A DNA stretch of 63,115 bases, counting the filler, from Octopus bimaculoides (taxonomy: Eukaryota), in NCBI RefSeq assembly GCF_001194135.2. It is 6 parts of 5 records of this genome, joined end to end, with 100 filler letters (N's around TTAATTAATTAA, not from the genome) between each part and the next. Parts side by side here need not be neighbours in the genome. Positions count along the whole stretch, not along the records: positions 1 to 30,956 come from NC_069007.1; 5 more parts are not named here. One strand, 5' to 3'. This document shows positions 10,111-20,830 of this stretch, in pieces. Within the stretch, counting starts at the first letter, position 1. Each line of letters starts with the position of its first letter. A program made the position numbers and the translations under genes. Below the pieces are notes generated by a model that did no database searches, was not told the DNA's origin, and saw nothing but the letters and a program-made list of their open reading frames with translations.

Positions 10111-10768
10111 CTTAGGTGAAACGAATAAGTAATTTCTTTCGAAGATAGTTATTCAGCACCAACTTCTTCCTTTTAAAGTTATGTTTAGATTCGATTTCTA
10201 TTTCTACACGTTGAACACTGTATATAACGATTGTGAAAACAAAATAAAACGTAATAGCATTTTCAAAATTTATACTTGTCTCTCCATTTATGTTCACAAC
10301 ATATATTTATATTTGTCTGCATCTTCATGGATATGGACGGATTTCTGACACAAAGCGTCGGCTTTATATACTTGAGGTTCTTTATCATATTTACGAACTT
10401 TATTCCAAATTTGTTTAGAATTAACACTAATTATATACTGTATTACACTGCGTACAGTGTAAGGATTTTCGCGGCTTTACTGTTCATTTATTCGTTTCGG
10501 TAATTATGTGAAGCCAAGTTATATTGCATTCCCTTTTATTGGTCGTCAGTTTTTATTACTCCTCTTTCATACTGTATGTATTAGCAAAGCACCTACATGG
10601 TTGAAGAACTGCTCGAAATAGCAACCCAAACCATCTCAAATCCAGCCTCTACTGTCTACAAAACGAATAACATTTCAGAGTTTAGACTAAGACATGCATA
10701 TCAAGATAGATGGTTACGGCTGGAGCGGATTTGATGAAGCTGATTTGGAACTAAACTACAATTTTTGG

Positions 10769-10859
10769 GGCGGAGGTAAAGAATAGGTACACCACCCGTT
10801 TTAGGCGTAACGAAAACCTTAACCCTAAACACCGGGTGTACGTATTCTTTACTTTCGCC
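10769..10859. repeat. ~90-bp miniature inverted-repeat element
   Basis: GGCGGAGGTAAAGAATAGGTACACC is inverted against GGTGTACGTATTCTTTACTTTCGCC, with an AACCTTAACCCTAA core. Confidence 0.55.
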
Positions 10860-11159
10860 AATTTCTTGTGTACATTAACTGTAAAACGAATATTTAATAA
10901 TAATAAAAACTATAAATTCACAAAGATCTGTCCATTATGGAAATTTAATTTTAATAAATACTGGGGCTGATTTGTCTGATTAAACCCTGCAAGGTGGTGG
11001 CCCCAGCAAGGCTGTAGTTCAATGAATGAAACAAGTAAAAAAATAAAAGACAAATGTAAATATTTGGTCGCAAATTTTTGCATAAATTTCTCAGTAATTT
11101 GTTGTTTTTGCTTCTATTTCTAGAGAATGTTTCAAGCAAATCATTTCAATATTGTCTCC

Positions 11160-11982
11160 GTTGTGTGTGTTTGTTCTAATTACTATGACAGACAAATGAT
11201 TTCCTACAGATTCAACAATGAGGCTTTTCTCCAGTGTGTGTTCCTTTGTGTTTATTTAAGTCACTTTTATAGATAAATGATTTCTCACAGATGTCACAAT
11301 GATAGGGCCTTTCTCCAGTGTGACTACGGATGTGAACGATAAGATTAGCATTATAGAAGAAGGATTTCCCACAAATTTCACAGTGAAATGTTTTTTCTCC
11401 ACCATGTTCCCTTTTGTGTCTTTTTAAATCATAATTATTAAAGTAAGACTTCCCACATGTTTCACAATGGAAGGCTTTTTCTCCAATGTGTTGTAGTTTG
11501 TGTCTTTTTAAACTACTGCTACGGAAGAAAGATTTCTCACAGATGACACAATGATACGGCTTTTCCCCAGTGTGACTACGAATGTGAGCTGTAAGACTAC
11601 AATTATCGAAGAAAGTTTTCCCACAAATTTCACAATGAAATGTTTTTTCTCCATCATGAATTCTTTTGTGTCTTTTTAAATTACAATTATTGAAATAAGA
11701 TTTTCCGCATTCCGCACAGTGGAATTCTTTTTTCTCGGTGTGTATTATTTTGTGTCTGGTTAAATTGCTGTCAGAGGAGAAATATTTCTTACATATATCA
11801 CAAAAGAAAGGTTTTTCTCCTGTATGTACTCTTTTATGATTTTTTAAAGAACTCTTGATGACAAAAGACATTCCACAGATTTCACACCGAAATAGTTTTT
11901 CACCAGTGTGAATTCTTTTGTGTTTAACAAAACGAAACTTCACCAAGAAAGATTTCCCACATATTTCACAATTATAAGGTCT
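11160..11982 (-). pseudogene. ZNF-C 3' segment: 9 intact C2H2 fingers downstream of an in-frame TAA, then a broken terminal finger
   Basis: In frame with the upstream ORF: ...RIHCD*RPYNCEICGKSFLVKF... (TAA 11983-11985). Open to TGA at 11212-11214. The next finger HC*ICRKSFVCHSN*NKH has two stops. Confidence 0.75.
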
Positions 11983-13965
11983 TTAATCACAGTGTATTCG
12001 TTTGTGAATTCTGAGAGAATAACTGCTAGTAAATAACTTCCTACAAATTTCACAGTGAAATGTTTTTTCATCATCATGTTCCTTTCTGTGTCTTTTTAAN
12101 NNNNNNNNNNNNNNNNNNNNNNNNNNNNNNNNNNNNNNNNNNNNNNNNNNNNNNNNNNNNNNNNNNNNNNNNNNNNNNNNNNNNNNNNNNNNNNNNNNNN
12201 NNNNNNNNNNNNNNNNNNNNNNNNNNNNNNNNNNNNNNNNNNNNNNNNNNNNNNNNNNNNNNNNNNNNNNNNNNNNNNNNNNNNNNNNNNNNNNNNNNNN
12301 NNNNNNNNNNNNNNNNNNNNNNNNNNNNNNNNNNNNNNNNNNNNNNNNNNNNNNNNNNNNNNNNNNNNNNNNNNNNNNNNNNNNNNNNNNNNNNNNNNNN
12401 NNNNNNNNNNNNNNNNNNNNNNNNNNNNNNNNNNNNNNNNNNNNNNNNNNNNNNNNNNCACAGACATTGCAATGATACGGCTTTTCTCCAGTGTGACTAC
12501 GAATGTGAGCTGTAAGACTACAATTATCGAAGAACGATTTTCCACAAATTTCACAGTGAAATGTTTTTTCTCCATCATGTTTTATTTTGTGTCTTTTTAA
12601 ATCACAATTATTAAAATAAGATTTACCACATATTTCGCAGTGGAATTCTCTTTTCCCAATGTGTATTATTTTGTGTCTGGTTAAATTACTGTTGGAGGAG
12701 AAATATTTCTCACATATATCGCAAAAGAAAGGTTTTTCTCCCGTGTGTACTCTTTTGTGACTCGTTAAAGAACTCTTATCCACAAACGACATTCCACAGA
12801 TCTCGCAGTGGAATTGTTTTTCTCCAGTGTGAATTCTTTTGTGTTTAATGAGATGAAACTTCACCAAGAAAGATTTCCCACAAATCTCACAATCATGAGG
12901 TCTTTCATTAGAGTGTATTCTTTTATGGACTCCAAGAGAATAACTGGTAGTAAACGACTTAGCACAGATCTCGCAGTGGAATGGTTTTTCTCCACTGTGA
13001 ATTCTTCTGTGGGTTGTTAAATGATTTTTAGATATGAAAGATTTACGACATATTTCACAACAATAGGGGTTTTCTTTTGAGTGAATTTTTTTGTGTCTTG
13101 TAAAATAACTTTTATTAACAAAAGATTTCTCACATATTTTACAATGGAATGGTTTTTCTCCAGAGTGTAAACTCTTATGATTTGTTAAACAATTAAGAAC
13201 AGCAAAAGATTTCCCACATATCTCACAATGGTAAGGTTTTTCTCCAGAATGAATTCTTTTGTGCTTCATTAAATAGTTATTACTGACAAAAGATTTCTCA
13301 CATATTTTACAATGGAATGGTCTTTCTCCAGAGTGAATCCTTTTATGATTTGTTAAAGAACTATTAATGGCAAAAGATTTCCCACAAATATCACAATGGT
13401 AAGGTTTTTCTCCGGTGTGAATTTTTTTATGCCTTGTTAAATAGCTTTTAGCAATGAAAGATTTATTACATATTTCACAACGATAAAGTCTGTCTTCGGT
13501 GTGAATTCTTTTGTGGTTCGTAAAATAACTTTTATCAACAAAAGATTTCCCACATATATCACAGTGGTAACGATTTCCTCTATTGTGAATCCTTTTATGA
13601 TTTGTTAAACAACTATGGATTGCAAATGATTTCCCACAAGCATCACAATGATAAGGTTTTTCTCCAGTATGACTACGAATGTGAACAACAAGTTGAACGT
13701 TCTTTGCATACGATTTTCCACAGACTTCACAGTGAAATGGTTTTCCTTCTGTGTGTAGTTTTTTGTGACTTGCTAAACACCTATTACTGGCAAATGATTT
13801 TCCACATATTTCACAATTAATATTTCTTTTAGGTGACTTGTTTTTAGAGGATAAAGATTTCTTACCACAAGATAAAGCTTCCTCAGCACTGGATGTCTGT
13901 TTAACAGAATCTATATTGTCAGAAACATTTGTGCTAGAAATGTCCGAGTGATTACCATCCTCCAT
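11983..13965 (-). CDS. C2H2 zinc-finger protein ZNF-C (at least 17 complete fingers before the stop; spans a 359-N gap)
   Basis: ATG at 13965 (MEDGNHSD). 16 complete fingers before the gap at 12100-12458 and 1 complete finger after it. Frame across the gap is not verifiable. Confidence 0.85.
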   Translation of the reverse strand: MEDGNHSDISSTNVSDNIDSVKQTSSAEEALSCGKKSLSSKNKSPKRNINCEICGKSFASNRCLASHKKLHTEGKPFHCEVCGKSYAKNVQLVVHIRSHTGEKPYHCDACGKSFAIHSCLTNHKRIHNRGNRYHCDICGKSFVDKSYFTNHKRIHTEDRLYRCEICNKSFIAKSYLTRHKKIHTGEKPYHCDICGKSFAINSSLTNHKRIHSGERPFHCKICEKSFVSNNYLMKHKRIHSGEKPYHCEICGKSFAVLNCLTNHKSLHSGEKPFHCKICEKSFVNKSYFTRHKKIHSKENPYCCEICRKSFISKNHLTTHRRIHSGEKPFHCEICAKSFTTSYSLGVHKRIHSNERPHDCEICGKSFLVKFHLIKHKRIHTGEKQFHCEICGMSFVDKSSLTSHKRVHTGEKPFFCDICEKYFSSNSNLTRHKIIHIGKREFHCEICGKSYFNNCDLKRHKIKHDGEKTFHCEICGKSFFDNCSLTAHIRSHTGEKPYHCNVCXXXXXXXXXXXXXXXXXXXXXXXXXXXXXXXXXXXXXXXXXXXXXXXXXXXXXXXXXXXXXXXXXXXXXXXXXXXXXXXXXXXXXXXXXXXXXXXXXXXXXXXXXXXXXXXXXXXXXXXXLKRHRKEHDDEKTFHCEICRKLFTSSYSLRIHKRIHCD

Positions 13966-14187
13966 ATTAACTCTGAAGAAATTTCTCAAAACCGATGCCT
14001 GTGGTTATAATCTATTATGGTTCAGTTTCTTGTCTTATGATGTCCAAACATGGGACTCTGTTTACATGTGTAGGAAATATGCAATGCAGATATATTTTCT
14101 ACATAACACTTAGAGTATTTGTTACTGGCTGAAGCATATCCGAGTGGCACACATATTGTAGATAAAAAAAATATTCTGTATTGTGGA

Positions 14188-14333
14188 CAGAGCAGTCGGT
14201 TAACTGGGCACTGCCCGAGGGCCAGGAGCTGTGAGGGGCCCGCACACTACATGTTAACTCTACTGATATCAATGCTAAGGGGCCTGGTAAACAGTTATGC
14301 CCGAGGGCCCTTAATACTCTCAGTCTTCCCCTG
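14188..14333. mobile_element. hAT-type MITE with 8-bp target-site duplication
   Basis: CAG...CTG termini flanked by ATTGTGGA at 14180-14187 and 14334-14341. ZNF-A and ZNF-B carry a single ATTGTGGA (empty site). Confidence 0.8.
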
Positions 14334-14559
14334 ATTGTGGATTTCGTTAATAGACGTTAAACAGGCTACAAACAGAGAGAGAGAGCATCCATAAATGACT
14401 GGTAGCAGGTGTTCTGGTGGAATCGGGCATTTTGTATGACAAGTTGTAACGGAACATTCAGCACAACTGTAAAGGAAGAAAATATACGACTGTATAAAAT
14501 AGACGTTGAAGAAAAAAAATACGTGTGTATGTATGTTTATACATATACATAAGGGGTAT

Positions 14560-15008
14560 CATGGAGGGGTGGCACTTCAATGGGGAACACGTAATACTCT
14601 TGTGGCTCCGAGTAACTGCATGCATGCAACGATGACTACAATTCGGTAAACCGTTTCGAAGTGAGGGTAGTCAAACGCTTAAGTAACTCTTAGTGAGTTA
14701 GGGCTTGCGTGTGAAAAATGGATCCGGCAGACTTTGCCGAAGAAACCTTCATGGTTGAACGAAGAGGAAGGCAGTAGAAGCAAGATATTAGAAAGTAAGA
14801 CATCTTGGTCATACGCTGTATCCGTTTCCATCCCCAGTCGTTTTGGCCTGGTCTTGCTACTACAGGATCGAACGTGGTTCATGGACGAGAGAATGAGGTT
14901 CATCGTGCGCAAGTGTTTCGCACTCGAAACAAAATCACCGCGCAATGTAATCAGTCACCCTTCATCTAGAAATGCCTTGATGATCTTCATCGATCTGACG
15001 GACGGACG
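14560..15008. repeat. Unclassified GC-richer insertion, possibly a retroelement 3' end with a (GACG)n tail
   Basis: Absent from the equivalent paralog regions, locally higher GC, ends CTGACGGACGGACG. No protein motif recognised. Confidence 0.3.
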
Positions 15009-15099
15009 TATTCAAAACATACATAAATACACACACACACACACACGTATCAGTATTGTTAATCATATATAGCATAAACGTTTACAGTGTGTTTTGTGA

Positions 15100-15535
15100 T
15101 GGTAATACAAATAACACGTACTTTAGATTTAAATGTTATCAAAAAGTTCAAGAAGAATAAAAAAAGAAAGTAAATTATTTGACAATTAAAACATATTTCA
15201 ACTGTTCTGTAAAGTGAGGAGAACAACCAATTAACGATGTAACGAAGTTGGTGATGAAAATTATTTAATCATCGGCCGTTCACCTTAACATGAGTTAATA
15301 ACTACACATAATATAATTAAATTACCTGAAATATACTAAGTTAGTCAGGTTGTTGATAATTATTCTCCTGTCTCAGTGATACTACCGGTGACATAAGTTA
15401 AATGTCCCTAACATAATTTAATACTGCCTGAAACGTTTCAAAGCCGATGGTAAGCCAAAGATACATCGCTTATCAAAATAAATATTGCGATATGTGACAG
15501 AAAACGAAGTAATCCGAATTAGGAACAGTAATAAT
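15100..15535 (-). promoter_or_regulatory. Conserved ZNF upstream module, copy iv (ZNF-C)
   Basis: CCAATTAACG 15227-15236, donor-like CAG|GTAAT 15324-15325, AAATGTCCCTA 15400-15410. Confidence 0.6.
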
Positions 15536-15539
15536 CCTT

Positions 15540-16068
15540 TCTACTAAGGCACAAGGTCTGAAATTTTGGGGGAGGGGACTAGTCGATTACATCGACCCAG
15601 AGTTTCTTTCTTTCTTTTCGCCCTTTCAAAGCCTAGCCAGGCTTATGGGTCCGGTTTCCCGGTTTCTATGGTGTATGTGTTCCCCCCAGCTGGACGGGAC
15701 GCCAGTCCATCGCAGCGTTACTCAAGATACAGGAAGAAAGAGTGAGAGAAAGTTGGGGCGAAAGAGTACAACTGGGGTCGCCACCAGCCCCTGCCGTTGC
15801 CTCGTGGAGCTTTTTAGGTGTTTTCGCTCAAATAAACACTCACAACACCCGGTCTGGGAATCGAAACTGCGATCCTCCGACCGCGAGTCCGCTGCCCTAA
15901 TCACTGGGTCATTGCGCCTCCACACCCAGAGTTTCACTGGTACTTAATTTATCGACCCCGAAAGGATGAAAGGCAAAGTCGACCTCGGCGGAATTTGAAC
16001 TCAGAACGTAACGGCAGACAAAATACTGCTAAGCATTTCGCCCGGCCTGCTAACGTTTCTGCCAGCTT
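15540..16068 (-). mobile_element. tRNA-derived SINE (host of a nested SINE)
   Basis: Reverse-complement match to 134-300, split by the insertion at 15607-15923. Confidence 0.8.
15607..15923 (-). mobile_element. Second tRNA-derived SINE family, nested, with 12-bp TSD
   Basis: Head GTGGAGGCGCAATG...GTTTCGATTCCC (same family at 22282-22603, + strand). Flanked by ACCCAGAGTTTC at 15595-15606 and 15924-15935. Confidence 0.85.
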
Positions 16069-16264
16069 TCCCAGACTTGTGCTTCAGAGGGTAACTTTCT
16101 AGATACAATCCCGTGGTCATTGATGATCAAGGAGTGGAGTGGGGTCTTTACCTTTACCCTTTCTTACCTGTAATATAAACCAACTCCAAGAAAGTGCGCT
16201 TTACTTCAGAGATTATTTCTGATCGCTTCTTCGACCACTTTCCCTGTTGTGAAGCACTTTTCTT

Positions 16265-16730
16265 TTGTCTCTTGCTTGCTTCGGTCATTAGACTGTGGCC
16301 ATGCTGGAGCACAGCTTTGAAATTTTCAGGCAAATGAATTGACACTTCTACTTCTTTTTTAAGCCTGGTACTTATTCTATCAGTTTCTTTTGCTGAATCA
16401 CTAAGTTACAACGATGCATGCAACAACACTAGTTGTCAAGCAGTGGTAGGGGACATACACAGACACACAGATGCATACGCACACACACATACATATGACA
16501 GGCTTCTTGCAGTTTCCATCTACCAAATCTACTCAGAAGGCTTTGGTTGGCTGAAAACACTTGCCCAAGGTGCCACTCAGCGGGACTGAATCCAGGACCA
16601 CACACACATATATACGAGCTTCTTTCAGTTTCCATCTACCAAATCCACTTTGGTCAGCCCAAGGCTATAGTGAAGACACTTGCCCAAGGTGCCACACAAT
16701 GGGACTGAACCCAGAACCATGTGGAAGTTT
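16265..16730 (-). mobile_element. SINE with duplicated head region
   Basis: GACTGTGGCCATGCTGGAGCAC body. Two copies of CAGTTTCCATCTACCAAATC...ACACTTGCCCAAGGTGCCAC. Confidence 0.75.
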
Positions 16731-17562
16731 TCAGCAGACGTTGCCACTTTTACAATTATTTAATAAACTTTGGCATCTTACACAATACCATCAAGCTCGG
16801 AAGGCAGATTAATGATCGTTTCAGATGTAGAATACAAAATAGGAAGTCAACAACTATTGAAAAGGTCACAAGACACAACGAAAATCTTAGGAAAAATAAA
16901 TAAATGAGTGGAAACTTTACCGGTGAGTGTGTTAAATAATAAGGCTCTAAAAGAGAACGACTCTCCCCAGACACAACAAAATATGCTTCAACACACGAAC
17001 TCACATAAAGAATCTTGCAAACCAAATCCAAAAATGAAATGAAATAGGAAGAAATAATTACAAACGTTAGAAAACGGTGACATTAAGTTTTTTTATTTTT
17101 ATTAAATGATTGAGGTTTGATGAAATTACATTAAATTTCAGTCTTGGAAGTTACAAAAGATAATTTGTTATTGTTGCTTGTAGGCTCCTAGTGAGCCCCA
17201 GCTTCGAAGAACACCAATCATCGAAGGCGTTCCATTGCGGACAATTTTAACCATTATTCATGCATGGTGTATAAAGGACATTACCTAATGCACCTAACCG
17301 TTCTTATAACAGTAAATATGTAATTCCAGGAAGATCTGGTTGTTACTTGTCCTATGTGGTGGATGATCACACAAAGACAGTTTACTTATGATCAACGTTT
17401 TGTAAAAGATGTCAAAGATATCGTTGTATAAATTACGAGGGAATTTGTAGTGTTTTTCATCAGGGCACCCTTTCAGATTATTCCAAAAGGAATGGGGTCA
17501 ATACTCTCATCAGCTTTATCATGTATCTAAGAATCTAGTTTCTTTTTTGCTGAATGCTTCCT

Positions 17563-17895
17563 TTATGATGATGCTGCTGATGACTGTAGACAAATTTTTG
17601 TAATGAGTCGATGGCATTGTCTGCACGGCAATTTTGGTGGAGGACGAAGTTGATTTTGTTAAGCCTTTCTCTTCTGTCATTTGATTTCTTCTTTTTCTTT
17701 TCTGGTAGCTTCAAAGTTTTTGGTTCTGATGGTGATGGAACACTGCCACTTGGTACAGTTTTGGGCTTGTGTTTCAAACGTTTTAGGCCCAATTCCAGTG
17801 GATGTCAGTGTTGCTTTGAGTTTGTCATTGTATCTTCGAAGAGGGCAACCCCCAACTTCAGGTCATTTTCCTCAAGTTCAATCCATTCTAGCAAC
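17563..17895 (-). mobile_element. RTE-clade LINE, ORF2 C-terminal remnant
   Basis: Hand translation ARMD...VGGCPLRRYNDKLKATLTSTGIGPKTFETQAQNCTKWQ...RKEKEEIK*QKRKA...LPCRQCHRLITKICLQS matches the typical RTE ORF2 tail with a terminal CxxC zinc knuckle. Contains stops. Confidence 0.75.
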
Positions 17896-17970
17896 ATTTC
17901 ACCATAGTGATTAGATATATAATTACTAAAAGAGATTCTTTGACTAGATAACATAGTACCATTATTACAG

Positions 17971-19830
17971 TCACTCACTAGCGTGAATTTGTGCATGTCT
18001 GGACAAATCACCGTTTTGTGAGAATGCCTCACCACAGACATCACAGAAATATGGTTTCTCATCCGTATGGACAGATTTATGGTTCCTCAAACTGCTATTT
18101 AAAGTGAATGTTTTACCACAAATATCACAGTGATAGGGTTTCTCACCTGTGTGAATACGTTTATGGCAAGACAAATGAGCAGTTTGAGAGAATGTTTTAC
18201 CACAGAAATCACAGCGGTATGGTTTTTCTCCGGTGTGTATACGTTTGTGACGAGATAAAGCACCACTTTCAAAGAACGCCTTACCACAGATATCACAGGA
18301 GTACGATTTCTCACCTGTGTGTCTACGTTTATGCTTGTTTAAGAAATTGTTCTGAGAAAACATTTTACCACAGATATCACAGCGGAAGGGTCTCTCCCCA
18401 GTATGGTTTCTTACATGGTAGAGTAAAGATGTCCTCACAGAGAATTGCTTACCACAGATATCACAGGAGTACAACTTCTCACCTGTGTGAATACGTTTGT
18501 GGCGAGATAAATTGCCAAGCTGAGAGAACTTTTCACCACAGATATCACAATCATAAGGTTTCTCTCCTGTGTGGATACGTTTGTGGCAAGATAAATGACC
18601 AATTTGAGAGAATGTTTTGCCACAGACATCACACCGGTATGGCTTCTCACCTGTTTTTGTAGGTTTAATTTTGTTCAACAAACTTTTCTGAGAAAAGGTT
18701 TCATCACCAATTTCACAGTGGAATGGCTTCTCTCCTGTATGAGTTTTTATATGGTAACGTAAAGAAGTTCTCTGGGAGAAAGATTTACCACAGCTTCTAC
18801 AAGAGTAAGGTTTTTCACGTTTGTGAGTACGGATGTGTTTAGATAATTGCATTCTTTCAAAGAATATTTTACCACAGATATCACAGTGGAATGATTTCTC
18901 TCCCGTATGATTTTTTACATGGTTGAGTAAAGATTTCCTTTCTGAAAACTGTTTACCACACATATCACAAGCATGTAGCTTCTCACCTGTGTGAGTACGT
19001 TTGTGGCGAGACAAATTGCTACGTTGAGAGAATTTTTCACCGCAGATATCACAATCATAGGGTTTCTCTCCTGTGTGGATGCGTATGTGACAAGACAATG
19101 CACCACTCTCAAAGAATGCCTTACCACAGATATCACAAGAGTACGATCTTTCACCTGCATGTCTACGTTGATGCCTGTTTAACAAACTGTTCTGAGAAAA
19201 CGTTTTGCCACAGATATCACAGTGGAATGGCTTCTCAACTGCGTGAGTATGTTCATGTTGAGATAAGGCATTGCGTGCGAAAAACGCTCTGCCGCACGTC
19301 TTACATTGGAATGGTTTTTCACTTGTGTGAATAAGTTTGTGTTTAGACAAGGCACCACTTTCAGGAAATACTTTATCACAAAATTCACAGTGGAATGGTT
19401 TCTCTCTTGTATGAACGTTTTTATGGTAAAGTAAAGAATGTCTTTGAGAGAATGCTTTGCCACAGATGTCACAACAGTATGGTTTCTCACCTGTGTGAGT
19501 ACGTATGTGGCATGTTAAATTACCAATGTGGGAGAACATTTTACCACAGACATCACAGGTGAACGGTTTCTCACCTGTATGAGTACGTTCATGGGTAGAT
19601 AATTGTCCTCTTAGTAAGAATGCTTTGCCACAAATATCACATTCATGTGGCTTTTTCCCTGTATGAATTAATTTATGCCGATCTAAATTTTTCTTCATCG
19701 CAAATACCTTTCCGCAAATGTTACAGGGATATGATTTCTTCCCTGTCTCTTCTTGAGGCTGCTGCAATACATCGTTATCTCCAGGTTGGGTTTCATTACA
19801 AACCTGACTTTCACACAGTTTCTCATCCAT
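17971..19830 (-). CDS. C2H2 zinc-finger protein ZNF-D (20 intact fingers plus degenerate finger 13; separate subfamily)
   Basis: 619-aa uninterrupted ORF starting MDEKLCES. 21 units at 28-aa spacing. Unit 13 (CEIGDETFSQKSLLNKIKPTK) lacks the second Cys and both His. Confidence 0.93.
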   Translation of the reverse strand: MDEKLCESQVCNETQPGDNDVLQQPQEETGKKSYPCNICGKVFAMKKNLDRHKLIHTGKKPHECDICGKAFLLRGQLSTHERTHTGEKPFTCDVCGKMFSHIGNLTCHIRTHTGEKPYCCDICGKAFSQRHSLLYHKNVHTREKPFHCEFCDKVFPESGALSKHKLIHTSEKPFQCKTCGRAFFARNALSQHEHTHAVEKPFHCDICGKTFSQNSLLNRHQRRHAGERSYSCDICGKAFFESGALSCHIRIHTGEKPYDCDICGEKFSQRSNLSRHKRTHTGEKLHACDMCGKQFSERKSLLNHVKNHTGEKSFHCDICGKIFFERMQLSKHIRTHKREKPYSCRSCGKSFSQRTSLRYHIKTHTGEKPFHCEIGDETFSQKSLLNKIKPTKTGEKPYRCDVCGKTFSQIGHLSCHKRIHTGEKPYDCDICGEKFSQLGNLSRHKRIHTGEKLYSCDICGKQFSVRTSLLYHVRNHTGERPFRCDICGKMFSQNNFLNKHKRRHTGEKSYSCDICGKAFFESGALSRHKRIHTGEKPYRCDFCGKTFSQTAHLSCHKRIHTGEKPYHCDICGKTFTLNSSLRNHKSVHTDEKPYFCDVCGEAFSQNGDLSRHAQIHASE

Positions 19831-20609
19831 AATTTCTTCTCTTAATCACATAACAATGCAAACATATGTTGCTCGTTTTCTTTGTAATTTATAATGAAGA
19901 CAGAGTTCAAATAATATTCCAAATAAATATTGTTTCCGCAAACAGTGTTAATAAATTCTGAAAATATATATCCTGAAAAGAAATTATTTTAAGATTCTTC
20001 GTTTAGATAGAATCACTTTGCTGGATTCAATCCATGAATGAGAAAACATCTCAATAAAAGATCTTTAAACCTGCTCCACTTGTCACTATCCAACAATGAA
20101 ACATGTTTCACAGAATGGAAGACATTTCGTATGATGAGTCATAGTAAAGTTTCCAATTGTATTTAACACACAAACTCATCTAGTAAACATTTTTGCAACT
20201 TTGCACAAAATATTTGAAGTTAATATTGATTCAGAGAGATATTTCACAGTAATTTAATCAATGTTATAGTTATATATAGTTATATAGTTATATATAGTGA
20301 CATGTCTTCTTGATGATGTTGTTCTTCAGTCTTTAAGCAGATTTCTTGCCATGTCCTGGGAGAGAAAGAGGTTTCCCTTTTTATGCCATCACAAACCCTG
20401 AAACACACAAAAAAATATATGTCAATCACAATTAATATGTAAATAGAAAGGATATTAAAGACAAATATCTTGGCGAAAATGCACAGTAAGTTAAAATATA
20501 TACGGTATTATAAATTAATGATACAGACATGCAAAAATGAAAAATGGAAACTTTCTATAAATATTGTTAGAAAGATTTGGCAAGGAATGGCCATTAAATG
20601 TGGACTCAT

Positions 20610-20830
20610 CAACATTTAACATCCCTTTTCATTGCTGGCATAGGTTGAACGGTTTCACATGAGCTGGTCAGCTGGAGCACTGCCCAGGCTCCAATTGTCT
20701 GTTTTGGCATGGTTTCTATGGCTGGATGCCTTTCCTAATGCCAACCACTTTACAAAGTTTACAGGGTGCTCCTTATGTGGTACTGGCACTGGTGTTTCAT
20801 ACATGGCATCAGCACATTCCCTTACATGGC
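20610..20830 (-). mobile_element. SINE/LINE-tail repeat fragment
   Basis: Matches the 5700-5850 element (GGCTGGATGCC.TTCCTAA.GCCAACCAC). Confidence 0.65.

Noticed and set aside
17180-17540. Plus-strand frame containing FQIIPKGMGSILSSALSCI, faintly like a Penelope/TERT RT motif
   Set aside because: One weak motif, with stops and no supporting flanking RT motifs.
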